Below, piece by piece: positions 13,779 to 26,531 of a stretch of 64,000 nt of DNA; within the stretch, counting starts at the first letter, position 1, and the number at the start of each line of letters is the position of its first letter. The notes below the pieces were generated by a model that saw only the letters and a list, made by a program, of their open reading frames with translations, was not told the origin of the DNA and ran no database searches. Position numbers and translations under genes: made by a program. Source of the stretch: Phoronis australis (taxonomy: Eukaryota > Animalia > Phoronida); assembly GCA_002633005.1 (NCBI GenBank), contig NMRA01000479.1, positions 1-64,000 on the forward strand, in the 5' to 3' direction.

Positions 13779-13888
13779 AAGTTGCAACACCAAATAAACG
13801 GCTATGGGCGTTTATTCAGCATAATTTTCCAAATAAACGCACATGGACGTTCCACATAGGGTGCGCTTATCTACGGAAAACCCCGCTA
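13779..13888. mobile_element. Solo terminus of the pogo-type family seen at 19189-20580
   Basis: aagttgcaacaccaaataaacg...gcttatctacggaaaaccccgc|ta matches the reverse complement of 19189-19280. Confidence 0.8.
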
Positions 13889-13903
13889 CTTAATTTTATA
13901 TAA

Positions 13904-14385
13904 TCAAATGAAGAATGTACGAGCGACGTGATCACGCACGCTTCTGCCTGTCTCAGGGCCGGCGTAGTGCAGAGGCGCAGGCTGGTTGATGTCGCGTGCG
14001 TCCAGCTCTTCCGGCTCATTAAAAGATTTTGCTACGTTATGTAAAATGACACAGGAAGCCACAATGCGAGCAGCTTTGTTTGGCTCTAGCCTAACCTCGC
14101 CGTGCAATATTGCAAAACGGCGTTTCAAAACACCGATCGCTCTTTCGATTGATGCCCTGGTACACTTGTGGCTGATGTTGTATCGGCTCTCCGCTCTCGT
14201 GTTGGGATGGAGAAATGGAGTCATCAAGAAAGGTGAGCAGGCGTAACCGCTGTCGCCCAACAAATACCCATTATCAACGTTGTACGGTCGCTGATCGTCG
14301 AAGTATTTTCCTAAGGTCGAGGTTCGAAAAACAAAGCTGTCATGGGTGGAACCAGGCCATCGTGCACAAACGTTTGTAAATGCTC
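13904..14385 (-). pseudogene. Harbinger transposase exon 2
   Basis: ttttgtAG acceptor at 14386; WPGSTHDS, LLGDSGY, LMTP, YNISHKCTRASIERAIGVLKRRF, LHN motifs; stop at 13904. Confidence 0.9.
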
Positions 14386-15205
14386 CTACAAAATTGAAAT
14401 CAAAATGTTGATGCATGGACTGACACTCGTACCTGTAATATTCTATTAGGGATTTCCAATCAACAGCAATCATCCACATAAGGCTGATTAAGAGGTGTCT
14501 TTTCGCACAGAATTTCTCTGTAATGAAATGTGTTGTTAATTTTTCCGAGTCCACTCTCTAAATTTGGGTAGGTGTAGTATCCTAAAAACAGCCCGGCGAC
14601 TAAGTACATCGGTAACCAGCAGCGATAGTATGTTTCCACAAGCAATCTCCGGTGGGGAATTATACTTGAAACTTTATTGGTAGTAAGGAAAGAAACCATC
14701 ATTGGTAAATCTATGTTTCCGTTGTGCGAAACACCGCGTATGTCCTGCATAGACCTATATCGACACCCGGCCTGCAAACACACATGCAATGTTGTAAATA
14801 TAACCTTGTGTTTACGTCGTGTGTTTGACGGGACTAAATGGGAGTGCCCCCGAGGAGAGGTTAGCAATAAATTTGTTCCAGGCAGTTGTGGTTTAACTTA
14901 CAATTATTAAAAAGAGGGAAAATTTACATGTCAGCAATATTGATGAGTTTAACGTAAGTAACACAAGCCATAGATTTATCTTATGCGATTGCAAACTGTG
15001 AATTGAAAAGTTGGCAATTACATACATAGCAAGTGCGCGTTCTGTGCCCATCGAGAACCCCTTATCTGTTAATAATAGGTCAGCGTCTTGTACCGGAAGA
15101 ATGGGTCAAGTTCGAAAGCAATGCAAGACTCGTTGAGATTTGTCAAACCCAAAGCCAATTCCCTGATAGGAAGTAGCTGATAAAGTTGCGTAAGTTTGTC
15201 AATAC

Positions 15206-15743
15206 CTTTTTCATCGCAGATCAACATGACGTTGAGACTGTGGTCGTTCTTCCTGTTCACGAAGTCGGGCTCGTTCTCGGTTGGTGCAATTATCTTGACA
15301 TGTGTTCCATCAACACAACCTATTACACCGGGAAATCGAGCCATTCTGTAGAAACCGGCCTTTATCTCGTTGAGCCTCTGTGGTGTTGTGGGAAATGTTA
15401 CAAATCTGTTTTAATGTTGAACAATTGCGGAGGTGACGCGTGACACAATTTGACTAACAGTTGACTTGTGCAGACTGTGGAACGTGTCACCGACAACGTT
15501 CATGAAGCTGCCAGTTGCGAGGTACCTCAGGCATACCAACACTTGAATCAGGGTTGACACTGAGAAATTTCTTCTTGTGGCAGGCTTAACATCTTCGTCT
15601 ACTAGCCCACAAATAAAACGGATGGCTTCTCGCCCAAAGCGAAACTTCCCTCTCAGCTCTTCATCCGTGTACTTGTTGAGGGGATCAGTAACTTCTCTTT
15701 CAAATTGCCTCAGCCTTGGTCTAAATCTATACAGTGCATTCAT
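15206..15743 (-). pseudogene. Harbinger (HARBI1-like) transposase exon 1, with an in-frame TAA at 15411-15413
   Basis: KFRF, LRYLATGSF, KSTVS, FPGVIGCVDGTHV, VNRKNDHSLNVMLICD; ORFs 15411-15743 and 15069-15344 share a frame; donor AAG|GTATTG at 15205. Confidence 0.88.
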
Positions 15744-17559
15744 TTTGATTGAGTTATCCGAGGTCTGATGGTCGGGTAACTTTATACGGCGGATAGTGTG
15801 AGTTATACGGCGGATAACTCTATACGATTTTTATGCAACCCAACTTATCCGGCGTATAAAAAGTTATACGCCGGATAAGGAGTTATCCGGCGTATAAGGC
15901 CTTATACGCCGGATAGCAAGTTTTATGCAACCGGGCCCTGGTCTGCAAAACTCATTGTGATTTACGTTTATAGATTTTGCCTACGCCATCGGTTTATTCG
16001 CGAGTGGAGTTGTAATGAAATGTAGGCATGGAAACCTGTAATTGTCAGTGCTGACTGTCTCTTATGTTATGGACGGTAATACGCGTTATTTCGATCCTAC
16101 ATATTTAAAAGAGCACCACTCTGACCACCCAAATTGATCACACATTGCCAAATGCAATGAATGATGTTAAGTTTTCTGTGTGGCTTTTGTCTGCAACAAA
16201 GCGAAACTCCCCAATTATTTGAAATATCTACGAAAAATATGCACACACTTGGTATTCTCTGATAGCCGAGGCAGATTTATACTTCTATACCGAAGGTAGC
16301 AGCGAATGGTCAAAACACTGTAATCGGGATATTTTTGTTGTTTTCTAGTGAATTAGTCAGCCAGACAAACTTAGTACAATGTACGTCCCCTAAAGGAAGT
16401 TTTGATGATGAAGTCATGCTAGAAGCAAACGACAGGTATTTAAATAATTTAAAAGTGTCACTTATCACTGCTAGGAGGGTTGGCAAAACTTCCAAAATTA
16501 GGAATAAACAAAGTTAGTGAAAAGTTATTAATGTTTCGAGTTAGGGCTATTAATTCTGAAATACAGAGTTTATAGATGATGTTTTAGAACAATGAAAGAC
16601 AGCACGGGAATGGGATCAAAAGCACAAAGAACGAACATTTTGGGTGGATGAAAAATCCCACGTAATTATCTAAAACACTTTTAACCATTTTTGAATCTGT
16701 GGTGTACAACAAGTTTCATTCTTTTTTAAAAGAAACACAGGAAACGGCTGATGCTGTATACGACTAACTAAAATGCAAATGGAACAAATCCAGGAATATT
16801 TTTGAAGTAAATGCCATTTTTAATTGTAACGCATACGAACAAATGACGAGCTTCTTTTGGAAACATGATAAAATATCTTGGTAAGAATTAAAGCTTTGAT
16901 TAAAAATATCCAAAGAATCACATACTTCTGTACTCTAAACAACGTCAACACTCTACAGCAATGCCACCGATCTTACCTTGTATAATTTGATGCATATGAA
17001 TATTTCATCATTCATGAACGTTCTTTATTGGATTTTTAAGGTTATGTTATTGGTTCTGGTGATAAATTACATGTATGCCACTGTTACCAAAGTATACTAA
17101 AATAAACAGACGACTCAATATATTTCTATACTTCGCCGTTATGTGACATTCGCAGCCTAGTATTGTGTTGTAATCCAAATACTTAGGTCACCAAGGCAAC
17201 GGTACACATTTCCGTTTTAGGGAGGGTCACTAAATGCTTTGAGCACAATTGCCTACTTCTGACATGACCGACACCAAGCTTAAAATTGGTGAACACGGTC
17301 AAAATACCTCCTGCTTGCTATGGTAACGGTAACCTATTTACCTTAGTAACACATCAAAGTTTGAACAGAGCGTAGCTCCAAGCACACCGGACATGGTTGC
17401 CTGCTAAGGAAAAGACTTTTTCCTCAAACCTGGAATTGCCGTTTTTGCTCACAAAACACCTGCGCCCAGTTGCCGTATAGCAACAATGTCGTCGCATTAT
17501 CACGCGCCACGTTGTTATTGTTGAAAATAACATCTGACGTCATGCAACAATCAAATTTA

Positions 17560-17597
17560 TCCATCGGATAATTTTGAAGTTTTATGCAACCCAGCCC
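17560..17597 (-). mobile_element. Second Harbinger-type terminus (same orientation as 15937)
   Basis: ttttatgcaacccagcc|ctg vs ttttatgcaaccgggcc|ctg. Confidence 0.65.
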
Positions 17598-18317
17598 TGA
17601 TTACCACGGAAATTGTACATGTTTCAGCAAGATAACCCTCTAAATATCAAGGAAAGGTCACTGAAAGTACTTTGAACATGATTGCATGCTTCTAACACGA
17701 CTTTTCTACCAGAAATTTTAATTTTGATAATTCTAACAAAAAGTAATTCCCGTATACAAAGTGATTATGGAACCATAAACGGTCTTACCCGATTATATTT
17801 CGTTTCTTTGTACTTTTCCGTAATAGCAACGAGTCAAATTGTGTGTCACTTTGTAACCCCAGATTTTGACCTGTACTTCTAATGACGTCGTATTAAAGTT
17901 AGTAATGACCGAATGCCAGCACATGAGCTAAGTGAATGTGTATAGAATAATTACGCACTCACCGCTAGATTGAAAATGTAAATTATGGAGTAAAATGCTA
18001 ACAATAAAACGTCGAATCTTCGAGTGAATAAATATTTTTGACGGGCGAGATTCCCGTAGAGCTACAGCCATTACTCAGCTCTGATACAAAGCTGATGGGC
18101 CATCGAAACTTATTTCACACATGTAAATGGACATAAGCCAAGAGATTGGGAAAAAATACTTGTTGATTGTGTTAGTACTAACCAAATCGAATTTCCTTGA
18201 CATATTTAGGGCACCGTAAACGGTCTTACTGGTTATATTTCGTCTCTTTTTATCTCCCTCTAACATCAACGAATCAAATCGTAAGCCTCCTTGCACCCCC
18301 CAGATTTTGACCAAATG

Positions 18318-18540
18318 GCGTAATGTTATAATTAGTATTGACCCGAATGCTAGCCAATGAGCCCACTGAATGCTTCAGTTCACGAGTTCACCAAAACGCA
18401 ATTAGCGGAATAACAAGCGAATAGTGAAAAGTCGTTGCTTCGAACAACTAAGTACTTTTGATTTCCATGCAGTTTTATTCTCGATATCATCTCTGCAGAT
18501 AAATTTCTTCATGTGATGGTAAGTTCGACGCGTGCAGTTC
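18318..18540 (+). repeat. Dispersed repeat family member (related copies at ~17880-18060 and 32056-32280)
   Basis: gacccgaatgctagccaatgagcc...gttcacgagttcac...aagcgaatagtgaaaagtcg aligns with 32075-32170. Confidence 0.75.
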
Positions 18541-19188
18541 AATGAGCAAATCGTGCCTTGCCTGGGTTCAAGGTTGGTTTACTGCCTTATAGCTAAGCAG
18601 ACTGGGGACTGACAACGTCGTCGTGTCCGTGACTTGATAATAGCTTAACTAACACCATGATTTTTAAGCGTGTCTGCCAAATTCTTTGGTGTTATGACTG
18701 AATTTCACACATGCACAGATACCAAGCCTAAGATGTGAGGGTGCGAAAATACCTGACAGGCTTCGAGTTCGGAAGAATAAATCCCAATGTTCAGCCATGG
18801 CAATTTTATTTTGATCAGAAGTAACGATTAATAACCTTTTTATGACGACATACGGTCGGTACTCCCAATAATGTCCTGAGAGTCAGCTGATATGCCATGT
18901 TTTCTGCCTCAAATTCATCGGATCGCTGATGAAAGCTTTATGTGATTGAAAGATAAATCACTTGAAGACATAGTCTTAATACAGCCAGGTGGCTGGCTAG
19001 TAAGATGTTTGTTTGCATTTCGATTTAATCCTGTCCTCAAAAAAGCAAATATTCTTTCCACTATTTTCGAAACTATATTTCACCTTGATTAGCTGGGCAA
19101 AATCGAAAACCGATTTAGGGCATACTGTCAGGGTTAATACCGTCACAGATACATTGTATCTCGCCTCATGATATTTCTCACCGTGATA

Positions 19189-20580
19189 CCGGGGGTTTTC
19201 CGTTGATAAGCCCATGTGCGCTTATTTTGAAAATTCTGCCGATTAAACGCCCATGGGCGTTTATTTGGTGCTGCAACTTGTCATGTCAAGTATCCAGATA
19301 TGGGGCGTTCATTAGGAAAATTTCCTCTTAAAAGCCCACTTAGAGTCAACTTTTAGTCACAAATTCAGTTTTGTGGAGCTTTTATTATTTATATAAACGA
19401 GCAAAGTGTTGCCTAACTGCATTGATTAACATAAAACTTTTTAAACAGTTTTAAGTAAAAAATCAGTCATTAAACCTCTTAATCAACGTGTATTCAGTCC
19501 ATGTCATGGTTTTCTTTTCATCCAAATCCTCCTCCGAATTTCTTTCCTCCACCGAGTCGCTGAAGGGATCCCGCGACTTGCCGTCCATCCTGGATATCCG
19601 CGTTGTACCACAAGTGTTCGCGAATCCGAGCGTTGAGGAATTTGGTAAAGACCATTTGCCCATCAGCAGCTGTGCCGCAACTTGCAAACGCTCTGATAAT
19701 AATGATGTCTTGCGGGATTTGCTGCATGACTGAAGATACAAATTCCAGGAGTTTTTCGTAGGTTGAGCAGCGGCAATACCATTTCGGGGTATATTCTTTC
19801 TCGCCGTTTTCAAGCCAATACTGATACTGCTCTCGCAACCTAGCTTTGAATGGAGCGTTAACAGAAACATAAAGTGGCCGATGGAAATAGGCAATTCCGG
19901 ACGGAATTATCTTCACGCCAACATTCAATTTTCGAAACTCTGCAGATACAGTTTATACACAGTGGCTCCGGTGTGCGTTCATTAGCTAATGGATTTGTCA
20001 GTGTTGAAATAAGGACCTCGCCTCATCATTACTGTCCGCGTATTGCATCATAAGCGACTCGTTCATGGATCCCCTACCTGGACTTCAATGTTGTTGGGTA
20101 CACGCTTGATCGGTACAGCAATGAAGTAGTCAAAGACGGACTTACGGTCAGGCACATACATGTACCAAGAGAACTGGCCCGAATTTGTTATTTTTTCTGT
20201 TCACAGTATGAAGTGGGAGTATTCAAGCCGAAGTTCATACATTTTCTGCTGACAGAGCTTGGGAGGTCTGGAAGTGCCATGCACATTAATTTTCTTGTCT
20301 CGCTGGGCATTGCAAAAATTGATTAGCTGCTACACAATTAGCGTTGTTATCAGGTATCAACGTATCCACTACATTCCTTTTAAGGACTACCAATCCACCC
20401 AGAAGGGCTGTTTCACTTACAAAAATACATATCGCGGTTCACGTAGCCAAAATTATGATTTTCCGTTTACGCGCCCCCTTTTCCGAATAAACGCCCAGGC
20501 GTATATTGGTGTTACTAAAATGCCTGAACATTTTCAGTTTCCGAATACACGCCCAGGGGCTTATCTACGGAGAACCCCGG
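19189..20580 (-). mobile_element. Internally deleted pogo-type (Tc1/mariner superfamily) DNA transposon
   Basis: TIRs ccgggggttttccgttgataagccc / gggcttatctacggagaaccccgg with TA on both sides; DDE_1 C-terminal fragment IIPSG..PLYVSVNAPFK..IIRAFASCG (19518-19928). Confidence 0.9.
20105..20295 (+). pseudogene. HIRAN-like domain relic inside the pogo element
   Basis: LDRY..VVKDGLTV..HVPRELARICYFF / GSIQAEV / GGLEVPCTLIF across two frameshifts. Confidence 0.65.
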
Positions 20581-21201
20581 TACGATTCCATCTCAGTTAC
20601 CAACTTGAACGCTATGTATACATTCGCCGTTAGCGAAATCATAACTCTAGGGTTGGTCAGCTCCACTAAACTCTAAGGTGCGTTCTCGGTTGGTAACGAA
20701 AAGATAGCCATATCACGATAAAGAAGACGGATTTTAGTACAGTAAAAATACAATCCTGAGTATTCGTTTTTTAGCCAGCTACACAGCGTAAAATGCATCT
20801 TAAACCCTTATAACAAAACTGAAGTTGAAGTAAATCACTTACCGTACGCTCTGTGATAAAAACACTGAAACAATTATCGCAATACTTCCGCCAAACGAAT
20901 AGGTGATACCGATTGCGGCCATAAGGACATCATTTCCGAAATAACTACGTCATCACTCTATGACGTTCCCAATTCACATACGTGGATGACGTGGCATAAA
21001 TATGCAAATCAGCGGTCGCTAACTGGATAATGAGTTTGATGCACTCTTGGGCAATGGAGTGAAATGCGACATCCTTGTGTTCAGTTCACGGACTTGCAAG
21101 ACTTCGCAATCTCGCAACTCATCACTGAGCTTCGTTTTAGCAAGTGAAAAGTAATACTTCCACCTTGATGTGACCATAGCATTGTCAACGCGGAACACCC
21201 C

Positions 21202-21348
21202 GTGCACACCACTTGTCTTTACGGTCACGAAAAGGTGAAAAAGGAACAATTTCATTTCTTGGATTTTTATAGGAAAGGTGGTTAAAGGCAAATAAAAGGC
21301 GATCTTTTTTCACCTTTTCTTGGTCGTATAAGACAAAGTTTTGTGCAG
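21202..21348. repeat. Imperfect ~145-bp palindrome (foldback/MITE-like)
   Basis: gtctttacggtcacgaaaaggtgaaaaagg pairs with tctttttcaccttttcttggtcgtataagac; outer tgcac/gtgca arms. Confidence 0.75.
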
Positions 21349-23143
21349 TGTTGGATATCAGATTTTGAACTACATTTGGAGCACTGTGTTTTAATAGCTA
21401 TTTTGAATAACATCTTGAGAGGCTAGCTAGGTTAGACTGGCTCATTGTTAGCACACAGTCAGTCAGTACCTGGAACCACTCGAGTGGAAAACGTGACCAA
21501 AAAAAATTACCTCATTAATATGCAAATTAGCAAATTTCCTAAGTCAGAAAAGTGAATTATCCTTTATTTTCGAGGCTATACGTCACGAAATACATCCTGA
21601 AAATCGAATTTCAAAATTATTTTCGAGAAGTAATTTTAAAGCACTTGTACATTTATTATGCTGAAATTGCTCACGTTGTCCAGATTTTCCGTGAAACTGC
21701 TAAACAAAGCATGCCCTATTACTTTGAAATACTTCCAAAACATCTGTTTTGAACAATATAAGCTTGATTTATGCAAGAGATAATACACGCATTTGGTTAA
21801 GGTTATTTAGGACAGTCTTTAGAATCTGATTTTTTACAACTGTAACTTAAACTTTATTGAACACAGTAAGCCACGGGCCCAAAATTCACAGTGGCATACA
21901 ATCGTACACAGACATTAAAGATTCACAATTTCGTTTCTGGTCACCATTGGTCATTGTGTATACTTTGACATGTTTTCGAGTTCGGAGTTTAGTGACTTCG
22001 ACTTTAAAAGACAACCGACATCGTTGTTTCTAACGTGGCAACGTAGTATACATCTATTTCTCAAACCTGCTAAGAGAGCACAACGTAAAATGAAATTCCT
22101 TCCGATTTTTAACATTTACTAATCTGCTATTAATTGCGTCACGCGAGTAGTAACATTCAGCAAAAAGGTACATTGATAGCAAAACAACGGTATCAATAAC
22201 ACATGATGACCAAATTTCATTTGATTTAAATATTTTATAAATCGGCACTTCGTTTTCGTTTATGCAACTTTTGACTTTTTCACGAAAAATCATAATATTT
22301 TCTGAGTTGCCCTTCATGCAAAAGCGAAACAGTTTAAAACAATTCCTATCACAGTTTTGGAAAACGCCGCTTAAAGCTTAGCATCTGAAAGTTTCACGTA
22401 AAGCCAGCCATCTCTGAGATACGGTATACCAAGCTTACGTTTTTCTAGAGTCCTACGTAGCATGTTTTCTGCGGCTACAAACCAGCATTTGGCACAAGAA
22501 GCGAACTTATGCTGAAACCACTTACAGCTCTCGACCTGTTTGGATAATTGGACACAGTATTTCAATTAGCGACTCCAACAGGTAACCTTCTGGCAAATTG
22601 AAATGGAAAAATGCTGATTGGCAAAGACACATTTTAAACTAATATTTTGGAATTTACAGGCCCTGAGAGAGTATAATCTTGTCTCTATTCTGGAAATAGG
22701 ATAGTCGTGAATTTGTGATTTTGGAAAGGAAAATGTCAAATTCGCATTTTTCAGAATCTCATTTTTGCCGTGAACATATGGCAAAAATCTAAAATGTAGT
22801 TAGTGGTAACAAGTGCTTTTGTCGAACCAGTTTGCGATTTCGACAAGATCAGATACCCAGTTTGTGGTCTTAGACGGCAGCATTCGGCTGGAAAACTCTG
22901 GCATTTTTAGCACCTAGTAGTACTAAAGAAAGTGTTTCGTCATAAAAAACGATCGTTTGTGTCGTGATTTTGTCGATAGTTCAGGAGGTGCAACTGTAGC
23001 ATTTAAGTGCTAGCCGCACAAGGCATAGTCAACAGACGCACATGCCGGAAGGAAAATCAACTAACTCGGTAAGCGCCGCGAGTGAATAATAACGTTGCGA
23101 CTAGTGCGTAAGATCTCAATTCTTGTGCATTTTGAACATACAC

Positions 23144-23306
23144 CATGGGCAGAATCAGGATTTTTAAGGGGGGAGGGGTTCGGATCACGGACATTTTTAA
23201 AAGGGGTCCAATTAAACAATTTGAAAATTCTAAATTTAATATCACTGAAATCAAGGGAAAATGGGGGGAAAGGACCGTCCCCTTTGACAACCTGGATCCG
23301 TCTATG
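23144..23306. mobile_element. Small hAT-type MITE
   Basis: catgggcagaatcagg ... cctggatccgtctatg termini with G-run/C-run subtermini; no clear TSD. Confidence 0.6.
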
Positions 23307-23749
23307 TACACGTGGTCCAGGCACTGTAGTCTTTGGTGTTGCGTACACGCTTAGTTTGGAAATATTCCGATGTAATGTATAACAGTCATTTAACAGTCAC
23401 GTAGTTTGAATTGAAATATGACATATCTCTCCCTAACTCGGTGATAACATTGCTTACACTTGTAACAACGATTACAATAGCATGTTGGACATGTGATCTA
23501 CCTACGTTATAAATGCCAATACCAACCGACTCGGTAAACTTGAAGAAGTATTAAATTTTTTCTATGAACACATGGCACTTTTAGGACGAAACTGAGAAGG
23601 CGGTGTTGTTATTTTGTCAGTCGAGCTTCGTCAAGGTTTAATAAGTTCGTTGTCTATGAGTGAATGACCGAGCGCAAATGAGCAACTTGGTGGCGAAGAT
23701 GAAACACTAGTTGCCCACTGCCATCATTCATTTAAGATGCAAAAATGTC

Positions 23750-24278
23750 TCAAGTTTCATGACTGTCGCCTTTTCCCAGCCAACACGTCATTGTTGACGT
23801 AACTATCGATGGCGTCTCCACAGACATTAACTTCGTTCGCAATCCGTCTGCATTCACGAATTCAATGTCGTCCTGACACAGAGGCGATCGCGCCTGCTCA
23901 AAATCTATTAGATTGCACATGCTTCCCTGCTCCATCCGATAGCTATGAACTTCAGGGGAGTCAAGAATGTTGCCCTCTGACGGTAAAAATGAAACAGCTG
24001 TCTCCTCCTTAATTTCGTGCTGTGACGGTCTGCCATCTATTGGTGCAATCTGGTTATCCCTCGTGTCCACAACGTTACTCGTTCTATTCTTTTGTGCTTT
24101 TGGCGTGTTGTCACTGTAAGCAGATAAGTCGACTTCACTTTCTTCTTTCATTGGGAGTACAGTTATTTGTCTTACTTTTGTTTTTGCAACCCTTCTGCTG
24201 TTTATACCCTCCCCGTTTCCCTGTTCTGCGCCTGCCGATACACCGTCAGCACGTTTCCTTTCGTCAGGATGAGTGAAA
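23750..24278 (-). CDS. Candidate terminal exon of an unidentified gene or pseudogene (acidic, low complexity)
   Basis: tttcAG acceptor at 24279; ~175 codons open to TGA in AT-rich DNA; no recognisable domain; possible upstream exons ~25092-25178 and ~25525-25585. Confidence 0.3.
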
Positions 24279-26202
24279 CTGAAATGCATGGATGCCTTGA
24301 AGGAAAGTGCTTGGTAAGAAATATTCTTTGATGGGCAAAGAGCAATTTTACTGATACCACAAGTCCCAAAATTAAGATACTTAATCAATTAGAGGAATTG
24401 TTCAACATACAACGACTTTAAGGAAAAGTTTGTTACCTGAAGATTGCTTCTCAGGAAAAGCGTAAAGCAACTGCTTTTATAGCAGCTTGTTAACAAAGTT
24501 ATGTGAAACTGAGTATTTGGTTGTAGAGGCTTTATTTAAAATAACGTTTCAGCATCTTTCCATTGTTCACGACTACGTGTTAGATTCTTCTTTGTGTGCT
24601 TTTCGTTCATTCTTGGTACACTTTATACTTAATTTCTAAATTTGAATACTAATCAACGCCATTTTGTATCAGCTTCATTCACAAGATATCTTAAAAATTT
24701 GCTCCATGGTTTTACTCAGTTTTTCTACATGCAGGCAAAAATGCGTTTACGCGCATATGGTGTTCAGTTTACGCAGAAGGGCATATCTCGTTACGGTTGA
24801 AATTATGATGTCACATAATTGCATCAGCCGTAAAACTAGTGCAAACTCATTATTCGCATGACAGTTTCCGGACTCCTGAGCAGTAGTTTGTAGCATTCAT
24901 CACCAATCTCAAACGGAAGGTAGAGTAACATGTACGTACATGTAATTTAGCAAGCGTTTAATTGATGTTTATCTCCAAGCTTAAACTCAAGGTGTAGTAA
25001 CACGTAGGTTATTAAGGATGCGTTGAACCAAAGACGTCGCAATTTCGTTTTTTTGTTTAAATGTGTCACTATATTTTGTCTACGACTTTCACCCATTTCT
25101 TTTAAAAACGACTGCCATGAAGACCCGTGTACGATACCTAATGAAGAGCTGCTGACGGATCGTTTATGATATTTGAAACTAAAGAAAAAATGCTTTGACA
25201 TCAACGTCAATACACAATCTTCATTGCATGACGATAAAAATCCCATTGACTTCAATTTTCATGGCACAGAACCACTTTGCTTTTCGCGTTCTATGCCACT
25301 TTAACAGTAGGTCAGCACTCCTGGTATTATGCATGCACACGTTTGAATCTGGTGACCGTTCACGTGAACTATTACCACTGTAACACCAGCGTCTGTGTTA
25401 AGCCGTGGCAACCGACATAGGCATGGTGCCGGGGACAGTCGAAAAAAGAAAGACTGCTAAAACACGGATAAGAGAGAAAAATTCAAGAGGACATTTAACA
25501 AATCTGCATCAGTGCATGGTTTACCTTTTGAGGATCCTGGCCAGGACAAAGTCGTTAGGGTCTTCGCTTTTGCAGCACAGGTCATCTAAACGCACATATA
25601 TATTTCGAAAAGTCGAGACAATTTGTAAAACGAGGCTTTTGCGGAGCGTACTAATTTACTGGATGTTTAAGCTCAATAAATCAATTTTGCGAATGCAAAA
25701 CTATATTTTTTCAGAGGCCCCTCTCTGGCAAGGGATAACGGAGACAAATTTCTCTTTATTTTTTCTAGAAACTGTATATCACTTGAGAAAAATTGATGAC
25801 CTGACAGATAACATCAATTGCTGCAGATTTCCTGATATTTGAAAATACAGTTACTTTCATATTTAGGAGCCCCGCCCTTGAAGGAGGCCATTGATGACAT
25901 TAAAGTGGCCACCTTTTTGTGTTTTTATCGACAAATTCTTACGGGGCTGCTCACGGAGAGAGGGTCCAATGTTGGAATCGATTACCTCTTTTTACCTGTT
26001 TTTTGTGAAATCGTGCTTTCAAGATGAAGGATGTCACTCCCTGCCTCGTTTTGGGACCACACGACGGTGGAATGAACTGTCACTTTTTTCCCAGCTTAAT
26101 GATGTTTAGCCTTTCATCTTAACGTGTCCCATTTCAGACGGTGCCCTCTATCGGTGGAGCAGTTCAGGGTGAATGTCCCTTTGTCCCTCTATACACACGT
26201 AT

Positions 26203-26323
26203 ATCTGCGCGTGTAGGACAAGTATACACAGACACTACATCTGCGCGTGCACGACCGGTGTACACAGGAACTATGTCTGAGCGTGCACGACAGGTGTACA
26301 CAGGAACTATGTCTGAGCGTGCA
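26203..26323. repeat. 36-bp tandem repeat (~3.3 copies)
   Basis: tctgagcgtgcacgacaggtgtacacaggaactatg-like units. Confidence 0.8.
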
Positions 26324-26366
26324 GGCTCTAGTTCCTATGTTTTGGTTATACTAATTGTCGTAGATC

Positions 26367-26531
26367 GCTACATAAATATAGACAATCTAAATCCCTGGTC
26401 ATGACCATACTATAGAATAGCGGTACATAGGTAGACACTCTATATCCATGGTCATGACCATAAATATAGAACATCGTGCTACATATATAGACATTCTAAA
26501 TCCATGGCCATAACCATAATATAGAATAGCG
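26367..26531. repeat. ~55-bp tandem repeat (3 copies)
   Basis: tacat..tagaca.tcta.atcc.tggtcatgaccata..tatagaa units. Confidence 0.8.

Larger units (their letters stand above)
13904..15937 (-). mobile_element. PIF/Harbinger DNA transposon (one end plus nuclease gene)
   Basis: Terminal ggcccggttgcataaaa (minus) at 15921-15937 next to CTG; subterminal TTATCCG(G/C)CGTATAA repeats 15781-15915; HARBI1-type transposase downstream. Confidence 0.92.

Noticed and set aside
16335-16885. Possible Myb/SANT partner gene of the Harbinger element (LKCKWNK)
   Set aside because: Lies outside the 15937 terminus, has many stops, and shows only one weak motif
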